Part shown: piece after piece, positions 1 through 14,200 of the stretch
How the letters are laid out: every line of letters begins with the position of its first letter
How positions within the stretch are numbered: the stretch's first letter is position 1
Made by a program: the position numbers and the translations under genes
Source: Eledone cirrhosa
Taxonomy: Eukaryota
Assembly (NCBI GenBank): GCA_964016885.1
Contig: OZ024745.1
Location: 27,590,001 to 27,654,000 of the forward strand
Direction: 5' to 3'
Length of the DNA stretch: 64,000 bases
Notes under the pieces: generated by a model
Seen by the model: the letters and a program-made list of their open reading frames with translations, nothing else
The model's database searches: none
What the model was told of the DNA's origin: nothing

Positions 1-2290
1 TATACGTACAGATGCCAGACTTGTTCGGAGGCCTCTTGGCCGACGTCTACTGCAACTGGCAACAGAACGGGAGAATTCCCAGCTATGTGAGCCGAGGTGG
101 CGCTGCTGAGAAAGTATCCGAACAAGGGGGATAACATAGATAATTTCAGGCCTATAACTCTGCTAAACACAGAGTTCAAGATTTTGGCCAAGGTGCTAGC
201 AAAGAGGTTGGCGCTTGTCGCTGGTGGTCTGGTGGGAGAGGCGCAGACATGCGCCATTCCCGACAGATCCATCCACGACAACCTCCACCTCATGCAATAC
301 ATCGTGGAGAGGGTAGCTAGGGAACCTGGCACGGGTGGGACTTTGATCAATTTAGATCAGTCGAAAGCTTTCGATAGGGTCCACCATCGTTACCTAGTGG
401 CAGTCCTGAGGGCGGCTGGCTTTGGGCCCGTCTTCAGAGGCTAGATCGCTGCCATGCACAGTGACATCTGCTCTGTGGTGAGAGTGAACGGTCACCTTTC
501 GGAACCGTTCAACATCATGCGCTCGGTCCGCCAAGGATGTCCCCTCTCGTCCCTCTTGTACGTATTGACTCCCGAGCCATTACTGCACAAACTGGAGACG
601 TTGAGGGGGATCCCGCGCGAACTAGGACGCGGAAGATCCGTGTCAGCATATGTGGACGATGTCACCGTAGTGGTGTCGAACGCCAAATACATCGAGGCGA
701 TCGGCACTACACTATGAGAATACGAAGCGGTGACAGGAGCAATGATCAACCAGGAAAAGTCAGTGGGCCTGCAGCTCGGCACCTGGAGAGGCAGGTCCAT
801 GCCGTCCAACAGCGTCGTCGGGCGCTGGACGGACGGACCGGTTAAATTGCTAGGGGTCTTGTTCGGTCCGGACCTCCAGACGGACAAAACTGGAACGAGG
901 TGACGAGCAGGGTGGCTTCTCTCACCCAGAAATGGGCGGAGAGGAAGCTATCCCTGAAAGGTCAAGCGGAGGTGGCTAACGCGTACATCGCGTGCGTCAT
1001 CTACTACCGCCTGACCGTCGTACCTTGTCCTAATCCCCGCCTGACTGCGCTGGAGCGTTTGCTCTTTCGCTTTTGATGGAAGGGACGCGCTCCGATGGTC
1101 AGGCGGTCCATCTGCTGTCAACATCCGCTACGTGGAGGGCTGGGCATGCTGTGGCTGATGATGCGCAGACACGCGCTGAGGCTACGACATCTCCACCTCT
1201 TTCTCGACGGTGATCAGGTGTGGTCGCCGTTTGCTAGACGCGTCTTTCCCCAGCTCGTCTCCTTGACGGAGCTGCAGTCCTGGGTCAAGCGAAGACCGAG
1301 AGGGAGCGCTTGGAGACTGGAGTGTCTTCAGGCGCTCACAGCCCTCGACCAATCGGGCAATGTGATCGGTGGAAACTCCACCTTGACGTTCTATAGAGGA
1401 TCAGTGGAGGGGAAGAGCGACGACGTACTTGGGGAAACTCTAGGCGTCGACGAAAATCAACTAGCCAATCTCTTCGGAAGAACTTTCGGGCCGGAGCCTA
1501 TGGACAACTTTCAGAAATCCCTGGCCTGGCAGTGCTATGGAGGAGCTTTGCCAGTTCGGGATAAACTCTACAGGCATGGAGGTGCCGTCAGCCGGGCATG
1601 TCCGAGATGCGCGCAGGGCGACAAAACCGTCCTGCACGCACTCGTCCAGTGTCCGAGCATTGCTGACTTGTGGGTTTATCTCGAACACCTGCTGTCGCGT
1701 GTAGGACGGATCCAGCTATCAGCTGAGTCCATCGTGAGGATTGCCCCGCCCTCTTCTTTTAGCCGGGAAGGGCAGGCAATTTTTATCTGTCTGGTGGCCA
1801 TGGCGAAAGAGATAGAATGGTGGACACGTTTGAAAAGGCTGAAGACGAGCACTTACCTCTTCGGTGATGCCCTGATTAACTTTTTCAAATTTCATTTAAA
1901 AAGGAAAATCAGGGTAGAGAGGGAAGTGCTCTCTTCCCAGCATTTTGTTGAAAGATGGGTGAGAGAGGCAAGAATGGCCCGAGTGAATGGGCCTACTCTG
2001 AGTATGTGTCTGTAAATTAAAGGAGGAAAACAGGGAGAGGGCACTTGCCCTGGTGGTCAGGGTCACTGTGGCTTTTTAATGGGCTTTCTCCACAAATGTC
2101 CCTCGGAAGTCTCCCTCCTATTGGGGAATTTTTCATTGTTATTTTTTTTTGTTACATCCTCTGCTTTTGTTTTTTACACGCAGAAATGCCCATTTGTTTC
2201 GTCCTGTTTTGTCCTGTACCGTCCTTAATGTCTACTTTATGTAAACCCTTGTGGTTAATAAAGAAATCATTATTATTATTATTATTATTA
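1..2290 (+). mobile_element. Tx1/L1-clade LINE, 3' part of ORF2 (RT plus C-terminal zinc knuckle), decayed and cut by the window edge
   Basis: RT motifs FRPITLLNTEFKILAK, LDQSKAFDRV, VRQGCPLS and AYVDD, then CPRC-x8-H-x4-C. Stops at 442 and 715 and a frameshift near 885. AATAAA near 2257, then (TTA)n. Confidence 0.9.
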
Positions 2291-3105
2291 CTCTTTGAGT
2301 CTCAGTCATTGATGTTATTTAACTGGAAAGTTTGTTGGAATGAATATCAAGCCACTACCTGCAGCCTCAGATATTCAGGACGTATCGGAGGGTTCTTGCT
2401 GTTCCCAGCAAGCATGCCTTTTGAAGTGTTCCAAAAAGCGGGGCGGGACCAATTTTCTTTAACCATCCTTGGAAACTCTTTGAGATAGTACCTAGTGCGC
2501 CTATGACAATCGGGACCACTTTGACTTCACGGCAGTTCCAAATCCTTTTTACCTCCCACTTTAAGTCCTGGTATCGGTTAATTTTCTCCCTCTCCTTCTC
2601 TTGCACTCTTGTGTCGAATGGGCAGGCTACATCCACAATCAGGCACGACCTTTTTTTCTTGTCTAAAACCACCAGGTCAGGTCTATTGTGTTCCAGTTTC
2701 TTGTCCGTCTGTATCCTAAAATCCCACAGCACCTTCACCTGATCGTTTTCTATCACCAACTCTGGCTTATGCTCATACCACTTCTCAGAATGTGGTAAAT
2801 TGTTTACTTTGCATAGGTGCCAGTGGATCACCCTGCCCATCACATCATGTCTCCAACCTTTATAGTGAGTCTGGGCTAGGTGTTTACACTCGGATATGAT
2901 GTGAGCCACAGTCTCCTCTCTCTCTCCACAGATCCTACACAGTGGGCTAGCCTCCTCCTTGTAGATATGGTGTTTCAGCCACCTCGGTTTGAGGGCCTGC
3001 TCTTGCGCAGCCATTAGTATTCCTTCTGTAGTCTTTTCAACCAGTTCCATGTCTGTGGATCTCTAAATTCAGTTTTCTCAAAGAAGGCACTATGAAGGGA
3101 TTTTT
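2290..3105 (-). mobile_element. Dong/R4-like non-LTR retrotransposon, 3' fragment with restriction-like endonuclease
   Basis: ORF 2367-3050 has CRIC-x7-H-x4-C, RHD, PDLVV...IVDVACP and EKINRY. A short 3' UTR ends in (TAA)n. 5' truncated. Confidence 0.88.
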
Positions 3106-3149
3106 CATTTATATTATGATTATTATTTAGATTGGTAATATTGTTAAAG

Positions 3150-3312
3150 CGCCGGAAAGCTTGCTTTGCGGAATATAGTTACGTCCCTTAATGATCTGAG
3201 TTCAAATACCGCCGAGGTTAGCTTGGTCGTTCATCCTTACGGGGTCGATAAAATAAAGTACCAGTAATGCACTGGGATAATTGCTGGCCTCGTGCTAAAA
3301 GTAGAAACAATT
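3150..3312 (+). mobile_element. tRNA-derived SINE (the dominant family in this window)
   Basis: B-box gagttcaaat, core tcatccttacggggtcgataaaataaagtaccag, tail aattgctggcct...agaaacaatta. Confidence 0.8.
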
Positions 3313-3751
3313 ATTCCACAGGTATTACAGTCATATGATGTGTTTCTTTTCTCTTTCTTCATATCAATGAGACAATCAATGTAAAGCAAGTGCCCGTAAA
3401 GTTGTTGTTGCTTTTAAGTGACAGGAACTTGGAGTCCACCCCTTCTTAGAGGTCTTACAGTTCTCCCCTTTACCATCTCGAGTATCTCTATAGCCCTGTA
3501 CACTTGTGTTAGTTAAATATGCAGGAATATTTTTAGTGAATGTCTACATCTCAAAGGTCAACTCCTAGCTAAGTGGAACCAATCAACAAATTCAACTGAT
3601 TTTCAACTACCTTCATATTGATTTATATATTTTCTTTTACCACACTTAATTTGGTAAACCTATACTACTCACCCTCTTCACATTTAACCTTTCATATTTT
3701 ACATACCACCACACATACACACACACGCATACAGACACATATGTCTGTGTG

Positions 3752-3828
<77 letters not shown>

Positions 3829-3949
3829 TATATATATATAGAGAGAGAGAGAGTGAGAGAGAGGGAAATTAATAAATCACATGAATACAAGAATTTCGCA
3901 CTTGAAGGAGTAACATTTATTACGTAACTGACACGTGTTGCTTTAATAT

Positions 3950-3989
<40 letters not shown>

Positions 3990-4006
3990 TATGTATGTAT
4001 TGTATG

Positions 4007-4082
<76 letters not shown>

Positions 4083-4085
<3 letters not shown>

Positions 4086-4140
4086 TCAGACAGTCTGCTT
4101 CTAGCGAACTATTTACATTATTTTGCCTTCATCAGGGAAT
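4083..4140 (-). ncRNA. Degenerate type I hammerhead ribozyme
   Basis: Minus strand: attcc CTGATGA aggc...gcta GAAG cagactg TC tgaat. GAAA is changed to GAAG. Adjacent to (TA)n. Confidence 0.5.
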
Positions 4141-4437
4141 CCCTGTGATTCTGTGTACAGCAGAATATTGTTATAGCAACGTCATATATATCATACTGAC
4201 TACAGAAAATACCTGAAACGATCTGACTAATTCCTATAAAATACATACGTTTGGTGAGGTACTTAAATGAGTAATACATATCTATACTAGAACATATCAT
4301 ATATGATTTGAAGATGTTAAGGGAGACAAAAGATAGATATAGCACAAGAATCGAAATTAATAGAAAGTCTCGGTGTCAGCTGATGATTAACAGTAATGAT
4401 TGGATGCATACAAACTTCCTGGCTAGTATATTGGCAT

Positions 4438-4545
4438 TTGTGAAGGCACATGGCTTAACAGGTAGAAGAGCTGGGTTACAATGAAGTTGTGAGTTCGAAT
4501 TCTAGGTCGGGCGATGCGTTATGTCCTTGAGCAAGATATTTTATT
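4438..4545 (+). mobile_element. tRNA-derived SINE head (second family)
   Basis: ttgtgaaggcacatggctta...gagttcgaat...gcgttatgtccttgagcaaga, homologous to 36601-36720. Confidence 0.65.
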
Positions 4546-5519
4546 TTATATTTTATTTTATTTATAACATCTGCTAGGAGATGTTTCCGGTAGATAGTAT
4601 TAGCAACTGGAAATATCAATGGGAACATTGTTTCCTTGGTTTGATCTGATGAGTATCACCTCACTCGGGCAGCGTATGAAATCTGAGAACTTATCGATAT
4701 TGGCCTCAATTATGATGTTAAAAAATACGTTCTGCTGTTGTGGACGGCTGAGTGCACCGTCTATCGGGATCCACCTGATGGAATGTCCATTCAATTATTT
4801 ATTTCCTTACCCCCAAATCTATAAACTGTTCTAAATTATGAACTGTATTGTTAAGTTAAGGTCCAGTAAATTAATTCGTTTCTTCAATTTCACGGATTTC
4901 TTTTAGAGCTTTTGTTATCGACAGAAATCCATTGTGGAATTATGTATGAAATGACATTGATAACGTGTTTTTGTTTGTCAATAGATCTTCGCTGTCATCT
5001 TCAAGTGAATATTGTTCAATTGAGTGGCATTTCCTTTTGCTTTTGAAAAACGTTTAAGAAATTGTGTTATAACGCTTGACACATAAAATCTTATTGTTAA
5101 GGAATTGGTTCTTATTTTAACTCTTAACATCCTGCAATTATTTAGCAGGAAATATCTAGAAACGGGTTTGTTAATTCAGTTATTCATTGTATCTTTTCCA
5201 GTGAACGGATCATTGTGAAAATTTGAAGTAAATTAAAGAAAATAATTTAATTCTCAATGCGACGCATTTATAGTGCTGTTATGTAATTTTGATCTTGAAA
5301 AATAAAAAGCAGCACTATAACTGCATCGCATTAAAAATTAAAGTCTTTACTTTAATTTACTTACTAATGTGGTTTCATGCGATATTGGGCGTTAAAAGTT
5401 AATTTCATGATGGTAGCTACATTACGAGAATACAAGTCCGCAACGTGGTGGAATTCAAATCCATATTTATATCTAAAACAATCAATTATTATAATATATG
5501 TAAAGGTTTTGCTACATGA

Positions 5520-5975
5520 TAATAATATCGTTATCTTCAATTCGGTGTTCGGTCAAAGCCTTACCTATGGTCATGAATCTTGGATAATGACCGAAAGAAT
5601 ACAAGCGGCCGAAATGGGGTTCTTCCAATGGGTCTTCGAAATAATGTTACTCGATAGAGTGCGTAGCTCGGAGATATGAGTTGTTCCAGATAGAGCTGCT
5701 ATTTCTCCGCATCGTGAGATCACAACTCTAGTAATATGGACATGTGGTGAGAATGTCGAAGGAAAGAATCGCTGGACAGATTTTATGGGCAAAGCCAGCC
5801 GACAGGAGACCCAGAGGCAGACCACAGGCTAGATGGTTAGATAACATCCATGAGCTCGCCTGAGGATCGTACCGTATCAATTGGAGCCGGTTGCTACTGA
5901 CAAGATCCGCTGAAAGGCCTGTCTCAGGACTCTATCCCCACGAACCTCCCAAAAATAAGTGGGTGAAGAAGTTTC
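5520..5975 (+). mobile_element. RTE-clade LINE 3' fragment
   Basis: IFNSVFGQSLTYGHESWIMTERIQAAEMGF. A homologous copy lies at 24225-24600 on the minus strand. Confidence 0.75.
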
Positions 5976-5999
5976 GAAATAAGCATTAAATTTGACTAT

Positions 6000-6760
6000 T
6001 ACTCCCACTTTGCATTTCATCCATACGGGGTCGATAAATTAAAGTACCAGTAACGTACTGGGGTCAACTTAATCGACATTTCCCTCCTCTTCAAATTGCT
6101 GGCCTTGTGCCTAAATTAGAAACAATCATTTTTTTTCTACTAAAATTGTACATATTTGATAAGTATGATGATATTATATTATCTTTTGGCAACTAAATAT
6201 GTGTTCAGAATCATATTTGTAGTTTTAATAAATGTAGCTTATATTGTCTGGAAAATTGCTGTCTCATAGGTATTTGTTATTGATATATGAGATAGTGATT
6301 TATGCAGTGATACAGAACTGTCGTTTCTAGTATTATTATTACTATTGTGTCAAGGACGGTGGATTAGTAGAATCGATAGTGCGTCGTATGAAATGCATTG
6401 GATTATTTCGTCCTCAGTTCAAATCCTGCCGAGGTAAGGCATGCTTTTCATCATTCCGAGGTTGATAAAATAAAGTAACAGTCAAGTACTGGTGTCGATA
6501 TAATCGACTTTCGCCTCCTCACAAATTTCTGGTTTTGAACCTAAAATAGAAATAATTTTACTGTTGTTTCTAAGGGCAGCGGATTGGCAGAGTAGTTAGA
6601 GCGTCCGTCAAATTGCTTTGAGTTCAAACCCCGCCCAGATCAACTTTGCTTTTCATCTTTCCAGGGTCGTTAAAATAAAGTACCAGTCAAGTCGATATAA
6701 TCGACGTGCCCCTTCCCTTAAATTGGTGGCTGTGTGTCAATGTTAGAAAGAAATATTATT
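6000..6760 (+). mobile_element. Cluster of three same-orientation tRNA-SINE copies
   Basis: Repeated ttcatcc..ggggtcgataaaataaagtaccag core near 6020, 6450 and 6655. Confidence 0.75.
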
Positions 6761-6896
6761 ACTGTTTCTAGTCATTAAATCGTTGAACATGAAGAACTTC
6801 TTATGTCCGAAGAGCCGAACCCTCCTCTATTTCCTCCTAAGATGATACTAATAAGACCTTGTGACTTTTCCTCTCACTCTGTTTGTCTTGTCATTT

Positions 6897-6980
<84 letters not shown>

Positions 6981-6984
<4 letters not shown>

Positions 6985-7320
6985 TGATGAGCAGAACAAA
7001 CAAACATTAAACAATCCTTTAAATAAATTAAAAAATGATTTAAATATCTATTTCCAATCTTTTGTGGATGGAAACCGCCGGTAATAGCATTATGAACAGG
7101 TAGATATTTAAATCATTTTTTAATTTATTTAAAGGATTGTTTAATGTTTGTTTGTTCTGCTCATCAATTTTTATAGTTTCCTCCCGTTGCATTGTATTTT
7201 CTACGCCATCTTTATTTAATTCTGGCAATATTACACAAATATGACCCTCCCCAAGTATAACAATATTTGTTTCGACACACGATTTCATATAAAAAACCTC
7301 GCAAAACTAATTCATCGCTG
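6981..7320. mobile_element. Fold-back remnant of a PLE terminal repeat (same family as the 57-59 kb element)
   Basis: 70-bp inverted arms 6981-7050 and 7101-7170. Segment 7176-7320 matches parts of 57363-57710 with an internal inversion. Flanked by (TA)n. Confidence 0.75.
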
Positions 7321-7332
7321 ATATATATATAT

Positions 7333-7427
7333 AGGAACATGTTTAACCCCGACGGCAGAGCTCAAGCCGTTTCGACGGCTATTTCTGGAGGTTATGGTCC
7401 ATCTGGTTCCTTACCACACCTCCTTCG

Positions 7428-7430
<3 letters not shown>
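7333..7430. mobile_element. HHR family B short element with internal inversion
   Basis: Reverse complement of the HHR 3' half (gaaatagccgtcGAAAcggc...gccgTCgggg) is joined to the sense tail ggtccatctggttccttaccac. Lies in (TA)n. Confidence 0.7.
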
Positions 7431-7504
<74 letters not shown>

Positions 7505-7508
7505 TATA

Positions 7509-7588
<80 letters not shown>

Positions 7589-7601
7589 CATATATATATA
7601 T

Positions 7602-7652
7602 AGCTTCCTGAAGATTTCGTCTGAATGAAACAGTACTAGTCCTGTAGAAGCT
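7602..7652 (+). ncRNA. Type I hammerhead ribozyme (family A)
   Basis: agcttc CTGAAGA tttc-gtct-gaat GAAA cag-tactagtc-ctg TA gaagct. Complete core, three stems and a GUA site at 7644-7646. Confidence 0.85.
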
Positions 7653-7740
7653 CCTTCTATAAAGTAAAAAAATTTTACTCTGCCATGTATTGAGTACCTT
7701 ACTTACTGTGGTTATCCCCGACTCAACCCGGGACCTACGT
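7602..7740 (+). mobile_element. Family A non-autonomous HHR element (3' end) in (TA)n
   Basis: HHR plus tail actctgccatgtattgagtaccttacttactgtggtta...caacccgg. Also seen at 52797-52930, 22325-22455, 28565-28680, 33855-33915 and 55137-55186 (minus). Confidence 0.75.
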
Positions 7741-7755
7741 ATATATATCTATATA

Positions 7756-7916
<161 letters not shown>

Positions 7917-7929
7917 GTATATATATATG

Positions 7930-8091
<162 letters not shown>

Positions 8092-9032
8092 TGAGAGAGT
8101 CATGTTAAAATGAAATATCATTGCTTTTATTTACAGATCTTATTGAGGAATTATTATCGCAGAGAAGTATATTATATGAATAATTTTTTTCTACTATTTA
8201 AAAGTCAATTTCAATATTCGAGGCGCCCTTTAATAAAGGATGCCACTTTGCTTGACAGAAAACATTCTATTGATTTCATCGGTTTATTCTTGGAAAATTT
8301 CGAAAATAAATCAATTTTTTCAAAACGTAAATGAATGATCAACGAATAGAGATGGTTAGAAAGCAATTTCTATTTTCTTCTTTTTACCCAATGACAGAAG
8401 TAAAGTATTTCTTTGACCTTTTTTAGAAATTGGAAAGGTTTTGACCGCAACAAGTCACAATCCCACTCCTTAATGTCATTAAATTATAACAGTATTTAGC
8501 AATTCATGCGCTTGAAATATATTTTTTTCCATTACATTTCTTGCTATTTCAAGAATTGTATATAATAGACGTCTTTCAGTATTTCAAAATAATTTAGTAC
8601 GTACAAAAGAATGTCATTCAAAGTTACCCAATAATGAATAGTGTGAACTTTGCAATGAGATTTATTTGTTCAAAATGTTATATTCATTAAAATATAACAT
8701 GACATACATTTAAACAGTTATAAATCGTTAAAAATATCCAGAGTTCTTCTAACCATATATTGTACTTCTGGAGGACTCATAGATACAAAATATTTTCTGG
8801 AAGGAATTTTCAGGCAATTTACCTGTAGAGAACGTGTAGTTTTAATTTATTTACATTTCTTTGCTAACTACATCAGGTATACTAGCGCCAGGATTTCAGG
8901 CACCAAACATTCTCTGGTATTCCCCCATCTCGTAAAATTTGAAAGTCATAACGCCACTTTGTCTTCCTTTACAAACACTCTATAGACCTCTATAGTCATC
9001 TGAGGTTTGTTGTCATGGATAAACTATAACTA

Positions 9033-9272
9033 TACGAGTGTCGGCCGAAACTCGTATAGTTATAGGCTGACTATGAAGTATTGATGCTAGTGCTGTGAAA
9101 TCTTGCATGCATTAATTTCAACTCTTCTTATTAATAACTGCATTGTTTCGTTCCAAGGACTATGTGGAAAAATAAACCTCATTTGGTCATTCCATGAGAG
9201 TATATTGGTCAGCCTATTAACTTTTCAGCCTATAAACCTTTCTGCTAATAAACTTTTCAGTCTACCCTCGCA
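9033..9272. mobile_element. Mariner-derived MITE
   Basis: Termini tacgag...ccctcgca and internal aggctgac/gtcagcct. Partial copy at 28463-28565. Confidence 0.7.
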
Positions 9273-10248
9273 CTTCATCGAAAAAGGCCTAATAAGACCG
9301 AAACATGCGGGCAGCAGTTGTGACGATATTGCTGTCCCCTCTCTAGTTTGATAAGGAATTTTCTGATCATCAAATGTGTTAATTTAATTAACATGTCTAG
9401 GCTGACTACTACAAGTATGCTAGCGCCTACTTTACTATTAATGTCCGTAGAAGCGAATAATGTGCAAATATGCCTCATAACATTAAATCACAGTTACCTA
9501 ATTGAATCTTCATTCGACAAATATGTAAATAAGAAAGCTCGGTTTCACACTCGATGTGAACATATAAGTACTTTATAGCCAATCACGTATTCATGAAACA
9601 ATTAGAAAGCAGTCAAGATATTCAGAATCTCGATATTGAAAACCGGCCAATTGTCAATAAGCACTGTTTATTCAGTTAGAAGTGCACAATTCTTCAATAG
9701 TAAATATGCTAAATTGATTGTTGTTGGATTTTGGTGACAAGTTGAATAGATTTGAAAATAGAGTGATTGCTAGTGAATAGATTTCCAATTGTGGATTTTA
9801 CCTACGAGATTGCATTGATGCACACTAGCTTTTGCAATCAAGTAAGTGCTCTTACTATATAACCTTGCATTTATTTTCCAAGTTAATAATATTGCCCTTT
9901 TGAAACAAATGACATATCTATCGTATATAACAGATTTCTTGGGAATTGTTAAGTGAAAATTAATTTGGACCTATTATTTCAAGTGACCAAAGAAATATAA
10001 TCATACTTCTCTTTGAAGCAGCTAATATAATAGAATATAGAAAATTGTTTACATTATATATAGTTTCAGAAGATCCCGTTAAGGGTGAAATCAGAGATTC
10101 TTTGCTTAAACTTTAATCTGTTATTTTAATATATATATATATATATAATGAATATATACACGTACTTTTTCTCCCCACAATTTTTCCCCGTTTCTTCCTC
10201 TTTTCACTCTCTTCTATCTTTCTATTTATTCTTTTATTTCTCATTCTA

Positions 10249-10285
10249 TCTTCTGATAAAGGACTAGCATCTGAAATGTTAAGAC
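10249..10285 (+). ncRNA. Degenerate minimal hammerhead
   Basis: tctt CTGATAA agga-ctagca-tct GAAA tgt TA aga. A related decayed copy lies on the minus strand near 15975-16015. Confidence 0.4.
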
Positions 10286-10299
10286 ACTTTTCTTACTAT

Positions 10300-10375
<76 letters not shown>

Positions 10376-10404
10376 TGCGCACATGAAAAGTCATGATAAC
10401 ATTC

Positions 10405-11305
10405 AACATATTGCCAGGTATACCAAGGTTTTTGAGGATTTTCTAGAGAGCTTTGCAAATGACAGCACCAAAGGCTTTGGTCAAGTCGACAAAGACCATA
10501 AATAGTCCTTGTTTCTTTTCCCGAACATTCTCTGTAAGATGGCGAAGGGATAAAAATGACGCCAATAGTATCCTGACCTATGCAGAAGCCACATTAATTT
10601 TCAGGGTACATATCAACATGTCTGGATGTAATTCTGTTGAGAATGACACGGCAAATGCCTTGCCAGCAATACAGAGAAAGGAGGTGCTACGAGAGTTGTT
10701 AATTATGTCAAATAACGAATGCTCTGAAACCTTTGGTGTTACCAATGGTACGAAGCAGGATTGTACCATGGCTCCTGTTCTCTTTGGGTTGTTCTCATCT
10801 GTAATGTTCCACCATGCATTTGGCGACTTAGCCACTGGTGTCAGATTTGAATTCCATACATCAGGTGGGTTATTAAACCACCGGCGTTTTAAGGTTAAAC
10901 ACCCACACGAACAAGTTTTATTCGTGATTTATTGTTTGCTGATGATGCTGCACTTGTTGCAACATCCCTTGGATAGGCATAAGAACTGAAGAACTGTTTC
11001 TCGCTTGTCTGTAAAGCATTTAAGAAGACTGAGGTGGTACATAAACCAAGGCCAACCACCAACAGACAAGTAGATGTTGGACAAGGGCACGGGGCACGGG
11101 AAGCCCCATGTATCAATCACCGTTGATGGCAATGTGAACTCCTTTATTTAGATTGACAGCAAAGTGAACCACTCTGCATCCCTGGAGGATGAGATCGTCA
11201 TTCGTATCTCTAAAGCAACTGACGCCCTTAGCAAATTATATCTTGATCTATAGGGTGTCAGAGGTATAATGCTGAAGACGAAAGCTGCACTAAAATACAA
11301 AGCGT
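10405..11305. mobile_element. RTE LINE RT fragment with an inverted 5' segment
   Basis: 10405-10680 encodes MVFVDLTKAF on the minus strand. 10680-11305 encodes GVTNGTKQDCTMAPVLF and LFADDA on the plus strand. Confidence 0.7.
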
Positions 11306-11364
11306 TACTGAGAAGGGGGAAGGACAAGACAGAGAGAAGATAATTCAATGAGACAGAGATGTTG

Positions 11365-11605
11365 ATTAATGTGGATTTGAATTTTTACAAATTGCAGTGA
11401 TCCGGAATTGGAGAAGCGGAAGAGAATTCCATAAGTGAGATATGCGAAGGAAGAATCTATTAGAATAGAATTTGCAATTGCATAGAGGAACTTCAGCTGT
11501 AAATGGATGAGACATAGCTACCGATCTGATGTCCCATTTGAACGCATGAAAATGAGGCAATAAAGAGGATAGCTCATCGGGACAATTCCCATGAGTGTGA
11601 TAGCA
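11365..11605 (-). mobile_element. CR1/L2/Jockey-group LINE 3' end
   Basis: YSNRFFLRISHLWNSLP, the typical terminal WNxLP motif. Confidence 0.6.
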
Positions 11606-13689
11606 ATCGAAACCTGCATGATGAGTCAGAACCAATAATGTTGATGATTCGTCTTCAATACAAAACCTCAATAAGAGTAGTTAATACATGTTCACTATCC
11701 TGTTGTTTACACTCACGAACACAATTTCTGGTGTTAAGATCGTTTGAAGAACCATTTGTGTTTATATTTTAATGAGAATGTTAAGAAAGAACCCAACAAT
11801 CAGTTTCTCGTTTATTTCAATGAAAGTTCGAAGAACAATTGCATTTCATTGAAATTCTTTTCAAGAAATCCGTCAATTATTTTAATTAGCTGGGTGGCGT
11901 ATTCACAAAATCACCAGTCAAGCGCAGTCGTTGTTAGCTCAGTCGTTTAAGGAGGGGCCAGAGATAAGATGTTTTCAGACAGGGATCTAATTAGCTTGGG
12001 TCTCTCGAAGTATCACAGGTAGGATTTGTTTAAATTCACTGGTAAGAACTATATTCACCCCTCTCATTATACGTTTATTGTCTTTTAGATCTTACACTGT
12101 GATTTATACTGGCTTCATCACGAATGAGGCTTGCCCCTGGGAGAATGCTTTCACGATCCAGAAGCGTTTCTGCAGTGTCAAAAGATGCCACAATAAGGGA
12201 AATATGCTGCATGTGGCGAAGCTTGCAAGCAGAAGGTTTGTAGGACGATTTGCAATTAGAATCAGGAGCACTAACGAATATGTGTCCTCCCTTGTTATTT
12301 TCAATGATTTTCATGATTCTTTGAAAGGCATTTGGTAATCTACCAAAATGTCATTTACAAACTAATTCAAGGCGTGAATGTTGAACTTTGCCTCCCGACG
12401 GATGTTTGTGTTACCCCAATTTCTTCATCTGTCTTTGGCACTCGCCAAATTAGCCAATGTGCTATTCAGTACATGTGCAAAATAATATTTGATTGTAAAT
12501 ATCGGGGCAAAATCATCTCATGCTCACCATTTAATTCTGTATATTAATTTAGTTCATCAGACATTATTTTGTTCTCATGTCAGAGTAGATGATATTTATC
12601 AATTCCATATGATGTGAGCATAATAGCAAACAACTGTTTTATTTGACTTGTCACGCGAGTAATTGCTGCTTCTTCTAGAATTTCACTTTCGAAACATATG
12701 ACATATGGATTGAATATAATAGATTTCAGACTGAAAGGTTAAGTTAAAATAAATTTGAACTTATTTTGTCAAGTGACCAGAGAAAAATAATTATTCTTTT
12801 CTTTGAAACATCTAATATAAAAAATATTAAAAAAACTCAGCTAATATAAAAAAATAGAGAATCTGTTGCCAGTGTTCATTGTCATACAGGAGAGTGTGTA
12901 GTCCACATGATTCTTAATATTTTGTGCACTCACTTCCAGTAAAGTATCTGAGAACCTTAAATAATGTTAGTCTTAGTATAGTGTGGAGAAGTAGACACAT
13001 GTAAACAATCTGTTACTGAGATGGACAATTATGAGAAGGACCACCGGAAAAAATGTTGATTGAGCTGCGATTTGAAATTCCGAGATACACTTGTTTTTAC
13101 AGACACGTGTAGTCATCAGTTATTAAGTTAGAAATTTGTTAAAGCCATGTCATAACGAAAACAGAAAGTTATACAATAAATAACGGTTTGTATATTTGAG
13201 ATATCGAACTTTCGATAAATCGCTTGAGAAATGTTGTATATTTAATAAATATCACTTTCTCCTGTTGCTATATTATAACCAGAAAGGAGAGAACACTATC
13301 AATGTGGATTAAGTACGTAATTTATGGTGTATGGGTAGCCAATAACTTCTATTATGTTGTCAAGCTGCTGGTGATTCAACTCCGTTTGCTTAGAAAAATT
13401 AACCAGTGGCATCCCAGCACTTTATCTCTTTATAACTCTGTTGCCATATATGTTTATAGCTACACAAACATTCTACATAAATTTCAGGATGGAATTATAA
13501 ACAAACATCAAGCCTATTATATTTGCCATTTTTCTATTATATGTATGGCTTTTAGTTAAAGTTCATTGCATTAATGTGTGTATAAATTATATGCTTTAAT
13601 ACATACATGTACACATCGTTATTTTGTATCTCTTTTATGAATTGCATATTTTGATTGCTTTTATTATTAAAATATCTCGGTATTTAGTT

Positions 13690-14200
13690 ACAACGGTCTA
13701 CATCTAAAGGTCAAATCCCGCCGAAGTCAACTTTGCCTTTCATTCTTCTGGGATCGATAAAATAAAATACCAGTAACGTACTGGGGTAGATTTAATTGAC
13801 TTTCCCTCCCGCAAAATTGTTTGCATTCTGCCTAAATCAAGGAGTATTATTAAAATGTTTCTGTATTTAGTTTCGACGCTCTACTTCCAAAGTTCAAATC
13901 CCGCCAAGGTCAACTTAACTTTTCATCTTTCCGGGGTCAATAAAATAAAGTATCAACTTTGCAGAATTGCTGGCCTTGTGACAATGTTAGAAATAATTAT
14001 TGATTTCTGATTTAGGCACAAGGCCAGCAAATTTGAGGGAAGAACAAAGGTGATAAAATCAACTCCGGTACTTAACTTGTACTTTATTTTATCGACCCCA
14101 GACAGATGAAAGGAAAATTTCATCCGCCGTAAAAATAAAATAAAATAAGAACAAATACCGCAATGACATTTTATCCCACGTCTACCAATTCTGCCAAGAC
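13690..14200. mobile_element. tRNA-SINE cluster (two plus-strand copies, one minus-strand copy)
   Basis: Same core as 3150-3312. Confidence 0.7.

Noticed and set aside
6000-6760. Regularly recurring repeats resembling a CRISPR array
   Set aside because: They are diverged SINE copies in eukaryotic DNA, with no constant repeat-spacer structure or cas genes.
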